Positions 1 to 15,100 of a DNA stretch of 64,000 nucleotides are shown here, in pieces (the stretch's first letter is position 1; every line of letters begins with the position of its first letter). The translations under genes were made by a program, and so were the position numbers. A model generated the notes under the pieces. That model was not told the DNA's origin, searched no databases, and worked only from the letters and a program-made list of their open reading frames with translations. Location: assembly GCA_002633005.1 (NCBI GenBank), contig NMRA01000118.1:744707-808706 (forward strand). The letters are read 5' to 3'. The stretch comes from Phoronis australis. Its lineage: Eukaryota > Animalia > Phoronida.

Positions 1-109
1 TGTTCTGCGGACTCCTTAAGCTAAAGGAACTTCGCTTGAAGTACAATTACATCAGAGATGCAACAATAAGTGAAAGCGCTTTCACCTGTATTCCAAACTT
101 GGAGCTACT
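1..109 (+). CDS. LRR exon (partial)
   Basis: [36 protein letters not shown]; donor gtaagt at 110, phase 2. Confidence 0.85.
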
Positions 110-3100
110 GTAAGTACTCAAGTTTTGTAAATAATTTAGAATGGTGAAAATCAGCTGTTTAACTCAATGTTACTTGCACGTTGAAAGAGTGCGACGTTGC
201 GACCTTATCTCAAGGTCATCTTCGATCTGTTTGAGTCCAAAACACACTCGGCGCACCTCCTTTGAAATATCCCATGTGTNATTTTTGCCTGGTCTGAAGT
301 GTACTGCACTCTTAAGCTAAAGGAACTTCGCTTGAAGTACAATTACATCAGAGATGCAACAATAAGTGAAAGCGCTTTCACCTGTATTCCAAACTTGGAG
401 CTACTGTAAGTACTCAAGTTTTGTAAATAATTTAGAATGGTGAAAATCAGCTGTTTAACTCAATGTTACTTGCACGTTGAAAGAGTGCGACGTTGCGACC
501 TTATCTCAAGGTCATCTTCGATCTGTTTGAGTCCAAAACACACTCGGCGCACCTCCTTTGAAATATCCCATGTGTGGCATCGGGGCCTTTAACAATTTGT
601 CATGCGCACTGCTTGTCATACATGTATGATCCATACAGTGATTCGTGCTCGACAATAGGAACTAGACAATGGATGACCGTGTGGTTACCTCGTAAAACCT
701 CTCTTTTCCACTGATTTCCAGAATAAATGTTGATTTCCTCTTTCGGATTACTTCATACTGTACATCAGTTTCCATGGTTCCAATCTTACATAAAATCTGT
801 TCTGGTAAGCTAGTAGGGCCTACACAGACAACATTTATGTCAAATTTGAAGCTATGTATTTAATCGTGCCTACTTAGTTTAGCCAAAGAACTCAAGGACT
901 GGAATGTTAGCTTGAATCACGCGGCGTGGCTGAGTATTCCCCAAGCATGCATGGCAGTTGTTTGCTTTCAGTACTGTCTCTTACAAGTGATATCATAGAC
1001 CTTTTTGTGGAATTTTTTGTTTTGTCTAGCGAAGTAAATTTAGAACTGTTGCTACGAAAAACTTCCTCTGAACAAATGTCATCAATATATTTTTTGAACA
1101 TTTCGCGTTCTAATTGTCCTAAACATTGTCAATCGGAAGATTAACTGGCTTTGTCAAATGTAGATCAGGGAGCGGGTTTAGTAAATGCACGTTTAAATTA
1201 TCCAAGACCCCCTACTTAGTGATTCCGTGTGGACAAGAATGACGAAATGAAAATGAAGCAATAACAGTCGTCTTGTGTGATAACGACAAATCTCGATCAA
1301 GCAGTCGAGAAGACAACCGGAAATTCACAGTGCAAACTCTACGGTAATCCCACAAAATCGCAGGTCGCAAGCTCTAACACGAATAGTGTATGAATCACAC
1401 GTGCGTTTTGACATCCCATTCTTACAGTCCTGTGATTTAGCACATGATGAAACATGTGATTCTTAGTGCGTTGCACAAATAAATGCTGTGCTTTACAGAG
1501 ATCTAACATCTAATAGAATACAGTACGTTCCGAAGTGCATGACACGTGCTGATTGTCTGCCGTCCATCAGGACTCTCCTGTTGTCTGCAAACGAAATGAC
1601 TTTCCTGCTGACCGGATCCTTTAGAAATCTGACAACTCTAGGGACGTTGTAAGTACACTGTAACTACATTTTCTGTAGCTACGAAGTCTAATAAATCAGT
1701 GGCTGTACACTTACCCGAAGCCACCACAGCTTAGGTCTACAAAAGGAATCGCTCATGAATACTGCAGGTTCACTTCATCTGATACAAGAATCTATGACGG
1801 CTGATGATCCTGGGATTGAAAAATTGGGATGGAGCATGAGAGAAAAGCCAATTTGTCGCTAAATTGGCTACCGCATGCATAATGTGATATTGTAACTGTA
1901 AATGCAAATTTAAATGTGAATGTCAATGGCTAGTTCATAATGATCTAGCCGAGGTATTTTTTTTTCTCAATGTTAAGTGGAAATGTACAGTATATGCGGT
2001 TCTCCAATTTTCAGCAGCTTTTGAGCTGTCTCCTTTATAAACTAAACGTTATCTATCACAGGTATGTATTGTTGTCTGAACTTGTAACTTACCGGGTAAT
2101 ATGCAGATTTGAAACACATTGTGTGTATTGTTGTGTTCGATCGTTCTGGGCACGTGTTCTTTTGGGTTTCGGTGTCGGATAGTTTTAATTATTCAAACAT
2201 AGACATTGTTATTGCCTAATCCTTGTCTTCATTTTAGGGAATTGGATTCCAATAAAATAATTTCTATAGAAGATGGAACATTCCCTGAAGACGTTGGCAC
2301 CATGTGAGTAATTATGTGTCTCAAAAACAATTACACACCCAGATATCAAAGATAGGGACGTGACATTGAAAAGTTTATTGGAGGTTGTTCTGGAGGTTAG
2401 CATGCAATCAAAATACTACCCGTGGACGCTCACGGGCGTGAATTGTGTGCTCCATAGGAACAGCGCTACGGAGACAGTACCTTCATACTCGGACTGCAAA
2501 GTTCCATGTGACTTTTGTGCGCATGTCACATTGCTTCTTTCTTCTTTAACTTTCCATAACTCTGTTGAAAATGGTGACACGTGCCTTCGTTTTACAAGGT
2601 CATTGATTTTTGTAACATAAGGAAAACTTCTATTGGGGTAGCTAAACGTGAAGTGGAGATTTTATTTAAGAAATCAGATTGCCGCGATTGTTTATTGCTA
2701 ATTACGCTGAAGCAATCCGCTTGAAAGGATTTGTATCACGTCCAGCTAGCTAAGGAGATACTTTGAACCAATTAAGACGATTCATTAATTGTTTTAAAAT
2801 ATTCTCTCCATCAAAACAGCATGTTTTCTTTCGAAATCTTGGGATATAGCCGGAATCTGTAAGAGTATTTTCTGAGATGTTTTGTCTAAACTGGCATGTG
2901 TTGCTAAGGCAGAACTAGAGAATGTCAGCCCATGGTTTTACGGCACAACCATTTATTTTGCCCCTTCCCCCAGTCGCCACAATGTCACCTACATGTATAA
3001 GCCAGTACCGGGTAATTATCTTTGCCCGTGTCTTCAATCCACTCTTATTGCATACAATCCTTAACGCTCCGGTCACCACAGTCATGTTTCCATAGCAACA

Positions 3101-6100
3101 GTTATTTTGCCCAAGAAGTCGCTTAGCTGTCCTGCATCTATCATGTTTCATTCCCCGAATATTTTTTTTTTATTTTTTTTTTTATTTGAAGTTTTTTATT
3201 TTGCTCTAGCATGATAATTACAAGTCAAATCAAACAATATACTATACATCGTTTACAAAAGATAACATTAAATCATTACTCAACAAGTACCGTATTTCCT
3301 TCAGGATGTAATTTAATAAAGTTTATGAACAATTGGAAATTAAGATTTTTTTTAACAAACTTTTGGCTAAATATGTAATTTTTTGCTAGCATGATCAGCA
3401 AATTAATATTACAATTTTCCGACTGAATGTTTCCCAAAAAACCAAAAAACACTGCTATCTTGTCCACATGAAAATTTACATGATATGTTTGTTTTAACCA
3501 GTCAGTAAACAGGAGCCAGAAAACGGAGACAAGACGACATTCCCAAAACAGATGGAGAAAAGTTTCACTGTGTTCACCACAGAAAGAGCATAAATCACTT
3601 GTTTTTATTTTAATTTTATGTAAATAACTATTAGTTGGCAATATTCTGTGAATTAAGCGGTATTGAAACCAACGCAATTTTGTATCTTTTGTACAATTGA
3701 AGGGGAGTTTATTTACTTTTCTCCACCATGAATCAGAGTCACTAAAATTTACATTATTTATAACACCGTTTATATCTATCTCAGATGACCACTTGTTTTT
3801 ATACTTACAAGCTGTCTGAAGTGACTGTACTAAGGTGTCATAAATATTTACCGCTTGTGATTTATTATGTAAAATTTTATACATATAATTTGGAAAATTT
3901 GGTAAAAAGATGTTGTCTTGTCTATTCTTAAGACCCCTGTACGCTGCAAAGGTTGCACTTCTTAATCCATAGAATTCTAGTATTGGAGGTTGAAAGTTAT
4001 AACTATTACAGAGTTGTTCGTATGACATAAAAGAACCTTCAGCATTAAACAAATCGCACACACGATAGATTCCCCTTTCATACCAGGTCTTGTAGAAAAT
4101 AGATTTTTTACCAACTTTAATCTTTGAATTATACCACAGGGGAGAGTAAATAATATTTTCATTTTTGTCACACATTTGAAACAGGAGCACAACATCGCTT
4201 AAAACTTCCTTCCAGAACATATTGTCGGTGCCTTCAGCTAATTTTTTAAGGAAAGCGTCTCCCATTTTAAAAATTCACCTACATGTATAAGCCAGTACCG
4301 GGTAATTATCTTTGCCCGTGTCTTCAATCCACTCTTATTGCATACAATCCTTAACGCTCCGGTCACCACAGTCATGTTTCCATAGCAACAGTTATTTTGC
4401 CCAAGAAGTCGCTTAGCTGTCCTGCATCTATCATGTTTCATTCCCCGAATATTGTCAGCTATCCAAGAAGCCTGGATTCCGCGGAGGTGCTACGCCGGCA
4501 CTTTAGCGCCACAAGTCTTAAACCTGATCGACTTTTCACGCACGCATCCAGGGGGGCTCGGGGGGCTCAAACGAGCCCCATTTGGCGAAGTGGGCAAAAA
4601 GGTCCGCCTCAGAGAAACAAAAATCCGAGAAAACGAGAGAAGAGTCCACTAAAAAGATGCAAACACGCAATTCACAGCACGTACAGCTCCGATCGTGGAA
4701 CTCTTTTTGTTATTTTTTTAGTCGACCGTCTATTTTATTAGTAAAAGGTCCACATCGGTAGTAATTCGAGCCTCCCCATGTTGAAGGCCGGGGTGTGCGC
4801 ATGCTTTTAACCCAAGAAGCTCCGGGTCAGTACATGTGTGAGACGTGGAAGATGGCTCTTGTTACTCAGTACCAGATCTAGGATGTCGGAAGCAAAACAT
4901 TTGAAAAAAAATGTCTGCGTAAGCTACAAACTGACTCCAGACGGCTGGCGTTTTTCGTAACGTGCCATCAGGGCGTTCGTGCCCTCTAACTCCGTCTATG
5001 GTACACAGGTGTCGCTGGCGGTGAATTCAAGGGAAACTAGTTTGGCAGATACATGTACCAGTGGAATGTGGGCGTGGAATAAACTTTCATTTATAAAAAT
5101 TAAAGGAACGTGACTCTTGCATTATATAGTGTACGTATATAAATGCACATGTATACATTTACATACGTACACTTCTGTAATGCATATAAATATGCGCGTG
5201 TGTGTTTGCGTGTGTGTGTGTGTGTGTTGTTAATGTGGTCTTGGAAGAGAAGTTCGAAAATCAAAACAAATTCTTGTTCTTGTTTGTTCTCATCAACATC
5301 ACGTCATACAGTTTGTAATTTTATTTGCAGTCGGCTCAATGACAACAAATTTAACTTCCGTCACAGCAAACCCTTCAACAACCTTAAGAAACTTGCCACT
5401 TTGAGTCTGGCAAACAACCAGATTTCCGAGATTCCTGATGCCGCCTTCCATAACTGTTCTTCGCTCGTCGATTTGTGAGTTGAAATTTTGTCATGCATTC
5501 ATTTACATTGGTATTTCACGGGATGCAGTCATATCAGTTTTTATATTAAAAAACCAAACTGTGCCTGATTCGAACGGAAACTGTTAAAATGTCATTAATT
5601 ACAATGTACTATTGTCATGATTTACTTCTAGTTGTCTGTACACGTTAAAACGATGCGATACATCCACCTGTACATCAATTTGTAGACGTGTCTGAGTACC
5701 AAGTGAAATATGTACGAAATATATTAATTCAGAAAAAGTATATTTCACAAAGCGGAAAACGTGTTGAATTTAAAAATGTTTTCTAAATCATCATTTCGTT
5801 TTCATGTTATTCATTTTCTGACATTTTTAAAAGAAATCGTATTAGTATTATTTTTCATCAGCCCTTTTTTCAAAAGTGGAACACTCCAAAGCATTGAAGA
5901 ACAGCGCATGAAACTTTGTATCTGAGATATTTGCATAGTTAACGAATCCAACCAGCCGTTTCCGGAAAATCATATTTCCAAATTAACCGAATATGGACAT
6001 TTGGTGTCAACATAATCAAGCAGTCTCTTGAATTGTGTGATTTTTGCAGAACGATGTCGCAGAACTCAATAGGTAGAATTTTAGTTACTCATTTCAAAGA

Positions 6101-9100
6101 CTGTCCGTTGAGAACACGACTGGATCTTTCAAATAATGACATAGCTTACGTAGAAGATGGTGCACTGGATCACGTTACCTCTGTATCAAGTTACATGTAA
6201 GTCTCTCATGACTCATTTAAATGTGAATGTTTTTACTAATCAAAAGACCTTACTTCAAATTGTTAGTTGCTATTCTTGAATAAACATATGACTAAAACTC
6301 GACCTGGATGAAATTGGAAGCAACGGTAAATTTGTCTAGGAAAAAAATAACTAAGGGACCATTCACAACTATCGCCATTTTCACAAGTGTACAAACCGAG
6401 GGCCTCCGCTTTAAGGGGAACAACTAACTGGCTGCAGCGCTGTATGCCTACGCCATTGACGTCATGAAAATAGCAAATCAACTTGTACCATTTGCATTTT
6501 TCACTTCACAAAAGTCTGACGAGACAACCAATAACAGAAACACCACGAAGATCTAACCATTCACAAAAAAAAAATGTTCCCTGATTTGCCAGGATAGGCC
6601 TACGCAGTTGTTTTTCACTTTCCCGCTATGAAAATAGCGCCAATCGAAGATGTCATCTGATTCCCGTTGCTAACTCGACTGACCGGAAAAAAATTCTCAG
6701 TTGTGTAAAGAGTCCTGGTCAGTTCACAAAAATCCGACCAAAGGTTACCAGCACTTTATCAACGCATGTTGCTATGTCGTTGTCGGCAGTGACACCCGCA
6801 TCAAAAAGCTCAACAAATTTTGGAAAACGTTAAACGAAGAAGTCATGAGAATCAGAAATCACGAACTCTTCCACTTTGCAAGCTAGTGTGTGATTTAACC
6901 ACATTTAAACAACTAACAAAACCAGTCGTTTGTACAAATACTGCAAACCCACACGTACTTTGGGCGGCAATACTCCTCAGTGCACAGGCGTCCTCAGCTT
7001 CTGATCGTCCCCAATACACTACATATAATACTACAAGGTATGACACTCCCGACTAGAAATTCCACGGGTGCTTCACTTCAGCCGTCCATAGCAAATATAA
7101 AACTCAATAAATTTACACAAAACAGAGATTCAACAAACCATGGAGAATTGTTCTTTCTCCCAATACCATTCAAGGTGTCCTGTTCCGGCGACTTCGTAAG
7201 AAATTCGCAGTCAAAGAACAAAAATGTTCACAAAAAGCCCCCGCACACTTTCATCGTGGACCGCTCAAGGTCAAGGACGGTACGGAAATTACCGGTGAGT
7301 TACGGAAGTACTCAATAGTTTTTCTACAGGCGGCTAAGTGTAGAGTTATCGACATCGTGACTTTACGCGACAAACCGGCAATTGCCGTACCGTACTTGAC
7401 CTCGAGCGGCCCACGATGAAAGTGTGTGGGGGCTTTTTGTGAACATTTTTGTTCTTTGACTGCGAATTTCTTACGAAGTCGCCGGAACAGGACACTGTTA
7501 ATGGTATTTGGGAGAAAGAACAATTCTCCATGGTTTGTTGAACCTCTGTTTTGTGTAAATTTATTGAGTTTTATATTTGCTATGGACGGCTGAAGTGAAG
7601 CACCCGTGGAATTCCTAGTCGGGAGTGTCATACCTTGTAGAATTATTTGTAGTGTATTGGGGACGATCAGAAGCTGAGGACGCCTGTGCTCAGTGGTATT
7701 GTCTATGACCGTCCCTGAGGTCTCGCTTAGACTCCCTTCGCTCTATGATGCTTATTGCTCTGATTTGGTACAGTGTTGGTAACGTACATCAGTTTCTTCC
7801 TTTTTATTGCGGGACACGCTATTTTTTTACCAAAGAAACGTCGTTTTTCAATTGGAAAAACATTTTGCATTATTGCAAGGATATTTCTACACGCACGTAT
7901 AGTTCACGGTCGGTAGCGTGAGACTAAGGAATCCTAGCTTAAAATATACACTCTTATGTATACAGCATGATCCCAAATAGCTACTTAATGCCGTTTAAGT
8001 GTGTACCTTCAGGGGAGGAGGGGTCGAGGAATCCGTTGGCACTGCACTCATGAAAATGACGATAATTGTGAACAATCTCGAATTAAGGCAGATAAATGGA
8101 AAAATTGTGGTACAGTGTACTCTATATCATTCCCGAGCTCTTGCATGTATCACAAGTTGCTTGAAAAAAAAACGGTAATTTCGTTTGTGTGGTTTTGGAT
8201 AATTCATTTCGTTCAACGATGTCAATTGGATTCCGTTTCAGCTCATTTGCCTACAATCGCCTTACAAAGATACCACTGAACGGGACATTCCACAACATCA
8301 CAGTCGGCAATCTTTATCTGCAGCACAATCGAATTACGTCATTGCCTTCACGTGCCTTTAAACACTTTACAGCTGGGAACAGTTTGTAAGTGGTCGCGAC
8401 AGAAATTTCGCTAAAATATTATTACTCCTGATGATGTACGTGTAATTGCCGTGAAAATGAAAGTTGCTTTGAAATTACTTGCGATCATGTGTTTTTCAAG
8501 CGGGTAAAGTGCATCTAAGAACTTCACCCAAGTTTTTCCTGTCAAAAATGAACGGAGAAACCCTTACGTTTTGGTCTCAGTGAAAAACTTGAGTTTATGA
8601 TAAAAAAATTGAAGTTTATGCGAAAATCTTCTATTTGGAAGCAAGTTTTTTAAAAAAAATTAACGTCTCAAAATTTAAGTTTTTAAAAGTCGCAAGTTTT
8701 CAGAAATTAAGTTTTAAATGAAATTAGGTTTTGAAAACTGAAGTTTCTAAGAACGTTCCCTTCACTAACAGAAATATTCCGAAAATACAATTTTTCACTA
8801 TGTTAGTTTAGAAGAGTCACGCCAGGAGTTGTACATTGTACGATGACACTTGGCTTACCTCAAAATCCAACTGCTGCCTGCTGATTTAGTAATTGGCTCA
8901 ACTGTGTTGCACATCCAGCAGAAGTCATGATCTGCAGAATAATAGCAACACTGTTGTAAAAGTAGCATTTCTTGTTCGATATTCAAAATTCAGAAACAAA
9001 ATCATGTGTTGTTTCTCTGAACTATTCCAATCTGCTATTTAAAAAGTTTCAAAACGAAAAAGTACTTTTGCCACCACCAGTGTGTTTACAATAGGCCCAA

Positions 9101-12100
9101 TAATCTAAACAACGATAACATCATTAGGTTTTGACTTTCAGAGACGATGTAAATGCCTATAACTACTTGGTGTTATTGATCCTGTGGGCAGATTTCGCGG
9201 CAAGCAAATTAACCTGCCGAGTTACCCAATCTCGGCCGACTACGGTGCTAACGAAGGGTTCTCCTCATGGTGGAAGACAATACTAACAAAAATGGATTTC
9301 TAAGATGACATTTCATTAAAGTGGCGTAGAACGTTAAAGCGGCCTAGATTGCATTATTCAAGGTGGTTGTCTATTACCGAAACAATTCAACTAATTCAGC
9401 TGTTATTTTTGCTGTTTTGTTTTTCGTTGAGATTTTGAATTTCTGTACATGTTTAAGCAATTTCCTTTAGTTTCAAAGTTCAGAAAAAATGATCTGTCAA
9501 CTACTCGTCACTTCCTAGAATTTCCTTCCTCCTCCCACTCAGCAAAACACGTCTCCTTATTTGTAATGGTGGCAAGACATAGGCGAAGCGCATTTCTGTC
9601 ATAGGCGGATTTAGGGGAGGGAGGGGGCAGGGGGCCCGAGCCCCCCCCCCGCCTGGCTNCAGCATAAAGAAATATCGAGTTCACCATCTAGGAACGGCGG
9701 CGGGGAGACCCAAGAGCGCGGCGCAATCGTGTTCCCGTTTTTTTTTTTTTATAATAGAATTTGGGTACACCAGGTCCACATCGCCAGCTGCCCTCAACCT
9801 TTCGAGGCAACATGTTGCCCCCCCACTTATCGTAACTCAGATGTGTAGAAAATGTGACCTTGTACATGTAGCTTTGATGTAAACAAAGCAATGATTTCAA
9901 GCAGCAGCCAGTCCGACCTCTTTGAGAGCATGCGCGCATATACAAGTACATAGGACGGGGAATTTGGAAACTGTATTGAGCTGAAAGAGTATATTTTACG
10001 TGTATGTTTCAAATATATTAAATCTGACTATTCATTATAGAAATGCTTGTAAAGTGAATAACTCTCACGTTAGCATCTCTAAAATCCAGTTTCGCCTCAA
10101 TCTGTTTCAAAAGGTATTTTTACGAGTTTTCGCATTCCATGCCTCGTTAACATTTACAATGTACAAAATGTGCTTGCTTAGTATACACGAGTTTAAATAA
10201 TCCAGTTTTGAAAATAGTATCGATGATCATAGCCTTGTTGTTAGCATTGTCCTTGAAACATGCGCACTTCTGAGCCAAACAATGTTTACACGGCCACATC
10301 AACGTCGTGCCACGTACAGGTAGTTGATAATCATAACATGTACCAATGTATACTAGGTTTCTGTCAAGTTTGGTGCGCGTTCACTACTGTGTTGAGATAA
10401 CTGATGCGTTCAGGCCCAGTGTTTCTATAAGACGTTACCCCTAGTGTAGACGTTCTATTCAAAAATCACCGTACAATATGCATGACATCTTCCCCTAAGC
10501 CTACACTGTACGCGTGGGACGTGACTTTCGTGAATAACGAGAAAGTGTACATGCACCTTGCTTCTAGGTTCATATTTCCCCGTGTATCACCGCAATATGT
10601 GCTATATCTATCACGTCTTCTTAAATTATCCGCAAAGTATTATCTGTACTTGCCGTATCCTCAATACGGTAGCATACATTTTACCCATACCATCTTTCTC
10701 AAGTATCATCAATACGTGCTATACATGTAACTACCGTACCTGTACGTGGGCCTTTTTCGTCAAGTGTCGATCAAGTACGATGCACTTTCGACGTCTTCCG
10801 CGATCGCCACACTGCACACTCAATGTACATGTAGTTGTGGCGTGTTGCTTCTATTGACCGATTCAAATATTCGTCTCAGGGGTACGCACAGAAGTCCTTG
10901 CTCGGGAAGATTTGAATTTGTGCTACACAAGGTTGCAAATCCTTATAGAATAGAGTAGGTCAAACCTAACTATAAACGGCATTTGTATCTTGCAGCTTCT
11001 TTCAAAGTTTTATTCAAGAATGTTTGAAAAACATAATGTTTAAACGTCTCCGTGTACTTTCCAGGGACCTTACTTCCAACCGGTTGTCGACAGTGGAGAA
11101 GTTTGCATTTGAAGACGTGTCTGTGAACTCTATGAGCTTGTCAAGCAATATGGTCAGAGTGATCGAGACTAAAGCCTTTCAGAAGTGTTCTTTTACATCG
11201 TTAACGCTCACAGGGAATATTATGAAGGCGGTGGAGTCGAAGGCGTTCGTTAGGTATAAGGTGTCGACATACATTTGGATTTCAAAACATCAAATCGTTT
11301 ATGATCACTTCTCCGACGTGACTGGTAAATTCAAACCGTCTTCAAACATGTACATCATTTTTATCCTCAGTCATAAGAAAAGTGATTTACTTCCCTACAA
11401 TGTATTGTTACAATTAGAAAAAGTTTGAGCGAAAAGGTTCAAAACCTCTATGTCTGTTAATTAATTTTCTATTGCAAGTTTGACTCGTTGTTTTTTACCT
11501 TAAAGGTGTTCAAGATGGTTTTCGCATATTGACTGTAGCCAAACCAACTTAGACGGATGTAAAAGCAAAAATTGGCAGTGAATATTTTGGTCATGTGCCT
11601 AGTTTTCTGTATTTTTGCTACGAAATAATGATTCATGGAGAGTTTTCTATTAATTTGCGTATCCCATGTGTGTTTGTGTGTTTCAGGGTGTCAGTCTCGT
11701 GGTTGTACTTATCAGGTATGCAAATTGAAGAGCTACCAACAGAGGTGTTCTCCGATTCCACAATTTATTCTCTGTATTTATCGAATAACAAGATCACAAA
11801 GATAGCAACAGCGGCATTCAGTGATGTCAACATAAACTACCTGTAAGTAGTGCTTCGATAATCAAAGCTCTGAGCGTTTTCCTTGCTCACATAATATATG
11901 GAAACGTTTGTGAAAACTTTGCGATGCACACCCCTAACGAGATGTTGTTTATGATTTTCAGATATCTACAGAGTAACAACATCAAAGAAATGACAAACAA
12001 AATATTCAATTCAAGCTCAACCGTGTTTTCATTTCATTTGTCCAATAATGGTCTTGCTATTATGGCCCTCCACTCACTTGAAGACGTTACAATCACCAGA

Positions 12101-15100
12101 CTATATTTTCAAAGCAACCCGTTGACGCTGTATCCTGGACCATTGCTCGCCTCCACTTCAACACAAGAACTGTAAGTATCTTCGTAGACATGTCCGACGA
12201 ATCGATGGTTTTGGTGACGGTTTTTATTTCGTAATACGTAACAAAATTTTTAATGTATTGAGGTGATTTTAACAAACACATTAGATCTAACGCTAGTAAT
12301 TATAAATTATTACTAGCGTTAGATCTAATGAGTTTGTTCCATTGGTGGATTCAAGGTGTAACATGCTTCTGTGAGTGTATCCACGAAGAAGCACCTTCAT
12401 GTCTGTACAGCGATATGTTGAAGTTACAACCATGCGACAAGCATGTCTGTAACGGTTCTTTTCCCGCTTGAATGTGCACACAAACGTCTTCCTCTAGACA
12501 GTAATTCGTGAATGCTGGTTCGATTAGAGCTGTAAAATGGTGAGTTTGATGGTCCGGTACTTCTTGTATTTTGACATAAGAGAGAAAAATGATATCTAAA
12601 TTATGTTTTTGCTTTACAGTGCGCGCTTTGCAAGTACATTAAGTCAGACTTTTGTCAAACTTATGCTAGACTTGATTTGTTACTTTGACAACATCCGATA
12701 GGTTGTTACATTGCTCGAGACCTTACTCAGGTAAACTTGAACCATTACATGTAAGAAGCATACAGCGCGTGTGTCGAGCAAGGGCAGAATCACTAACGGA
12801 CTGTCAGTTTTTCCCTAGCCGTGGGTATCTTTTGTGGAATTGGCTTGTTTACGTGGTTACGGGTTATGAGAGTAAGGTAAGTAATCCCTACCTTGGTAGT
12901 CGGTGGGCCAGATCTCATAGCGTTCATCCTTGTGAGTACTTAGGGGGGGGGGCAACCTAGTTTTTCTATGTGGCTAGATAATATACCTATAAATCAAATT
13001 CCAAAAAGTTCCCACGTCTACACTTGCACATTTTTTTTAAAAAAGCTGTTTTTGTTGCACAAAATATGATGCACATTCCTGCCACTTAGTGGCGCTTTTC
13101 TATTGAATTGACCAATCAGAGAGCCAGATTGTATTGTTGTGCTTAGTTACTTCAATATGGCTGCTCCCATGGAGTGTGATGCCTGTATAATTCAAGGTTT
13201 ATCAAACAGCACAAAATTGTAATGTCAGAGCCTAAAGAAGCTTAGGAAAGCTTCCTGACGAAAGCTGATGGACTGTGGAACTCTGTAGATCAGAAGATAA
13301 AAAAGAAGAAGAGGTGTCACAAACGCTTGTGCAGAAAACAGCTGGATGTCCTGGTATAGCCTACACGGTATACTCCTGAGTGCTGTAGACTAGAAGACCA
13401 AGTGTCAGACCAAAAAATTGAAAGGACATAGAACGGCATACCAACTTTTCAAGGCACCAGCAGAAGTACTAAAGCTGAAGTTGCTGAAAGTGATACAGAT
13501 GTTATCCAAGATTTCCCAAGAAAATCAATAGTACTTCCAAAATTTGAAACACCCAATTAACCTGAACAAGATAGGAACATTCTGAAACATGAGTGCATCA
13601 TTTGTTAGCAGGAAAAGTATATTGTGGACCATATTTCAAGAAAGAGAAATAAGTATAGCTTTCAAAAACAGGTACGTGTTTTTGAAAGGTACATCTTGGT
13701 ATGTGTGTTTCAGTATTATCACCAGTGGCTACCTAGGCCTTAGACAATACTGCTGACCCAGTAGAGACGGTGGTCATACCATAGGTACTCCATATGCCGG
13801 ATGCTTTTCGGCAAATTATGTTCCTATAAGTTTAGAAGTACCGCATAGAGAGATGCCTCTGAGGAAGTCGTTAATGTTTTCATTTGTTCCTAGTTTAAAC
13901 AAATACTCCTGTTTTTCGAACAGGCCATTGTTCAGTTGCCACATCAACACTGCTTGCGTTCAGGGATAATCATATGGCTTTATACTGTGAGTGTGATTTT
14001 AAAGCACTTTAAGTCAAAAAATTTTGAGAAGGTTAAATAGAGTAGATGGTTGCAAACCACATGCCCAAGTGGCCGTCATCCCCTGCCATAGTCCTGGGAT
14101 AGGGGGAACCTCTTCTCAATTTCTTGTAAACAGTAATTACTTAGGTAGCTGCAATTATAATTAAATTAAAGTGCCTAAGTGACCATCGTCGCCGTCGTAA
14201 TTTTAGAACAATGGAAGCCACTGTCCATTTCGTCAAAGGTCAATTACCTTAAGTGTAAATCGATTGAGCATCTGATTTAAAAAATTAAATTTCAATCACT
14301 GCACTAGTATATCAGCTGATATATTTTAGTTGCATCAACTAATATAATTTTTAGACGATCAACATTTTTAGGCGACAGATCAGATGCCATATAAATTTGT
14401 TAGGCTGGTGGTGGATTAGTTCCTGATAAGTCTATCTGAAAAAGTTGCATGTCAACTCACTCATAGTTGAATGTTAAATTAGTGTTAATAGTTCGGGGTT
14501 TTTTCAGTTGGACTTGTATCGCAAGCAACAGCTCAGTCCAGAGCCCTGAATACGCAAATGAAATTCAAAGATAAAGACCTTGTGTCTTAGAAGCCAAGTA
14601 CCACAGATCATCATGCTATAAAAAATAGAAAGACAACGACTGTGAAGAGTGACGAATCCGCAGTTTTCATAGATGTTTTTCTACAGTTTTGTTTGGAGTT
14701 CATTGAACCAAAGCTTCTAACACATGAAGATGTCATTTGCCTTTCCAAACTAAAGCAAGACTTTGAAACTGTTCTTCAGAAAGCTGGTGTGCATGAAGTT
14801 ATTTGGACAGGCAATCTTAAGAAATATTGCTGAAGCTACTCACTATTGTAGTTTGTGCCCGACTAAGATATACGAAAGTGAATTGAGGCTAGTGTTCAAT
14901 AATTCACTTGCTGACTCTAATTAACACAGCCCATTATAACAGATTTTGAATCAAACGTTTGCCCAAATTTTACCCGCCTCCAAACAAGGACTTAGTGTTT
15001 GACCCTTCATTGCCTGCGGGCCAGTCACCAGTGTGCAGTGCTGTACCCTCTCTAATCGACCATAGTTGGCTCCTTGGCAGTGGAGCTTTGCAGTTAAAAT

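Noticed and set aside
15-575. Apparent tandem duplication of the first LRR exon (mutually exclusive exons?)
   Set aside because: The copies match including intron sequence, are separated by an N, and the second begins with an error-ridden version of the same exon. This is typical of an unmerged contig overlap.
6980-7631. Pair of similar ORFs on opposite strands
   Set aside because: Produced by the inverted repeat; no recognisable protein motifs and inconsistent frames.
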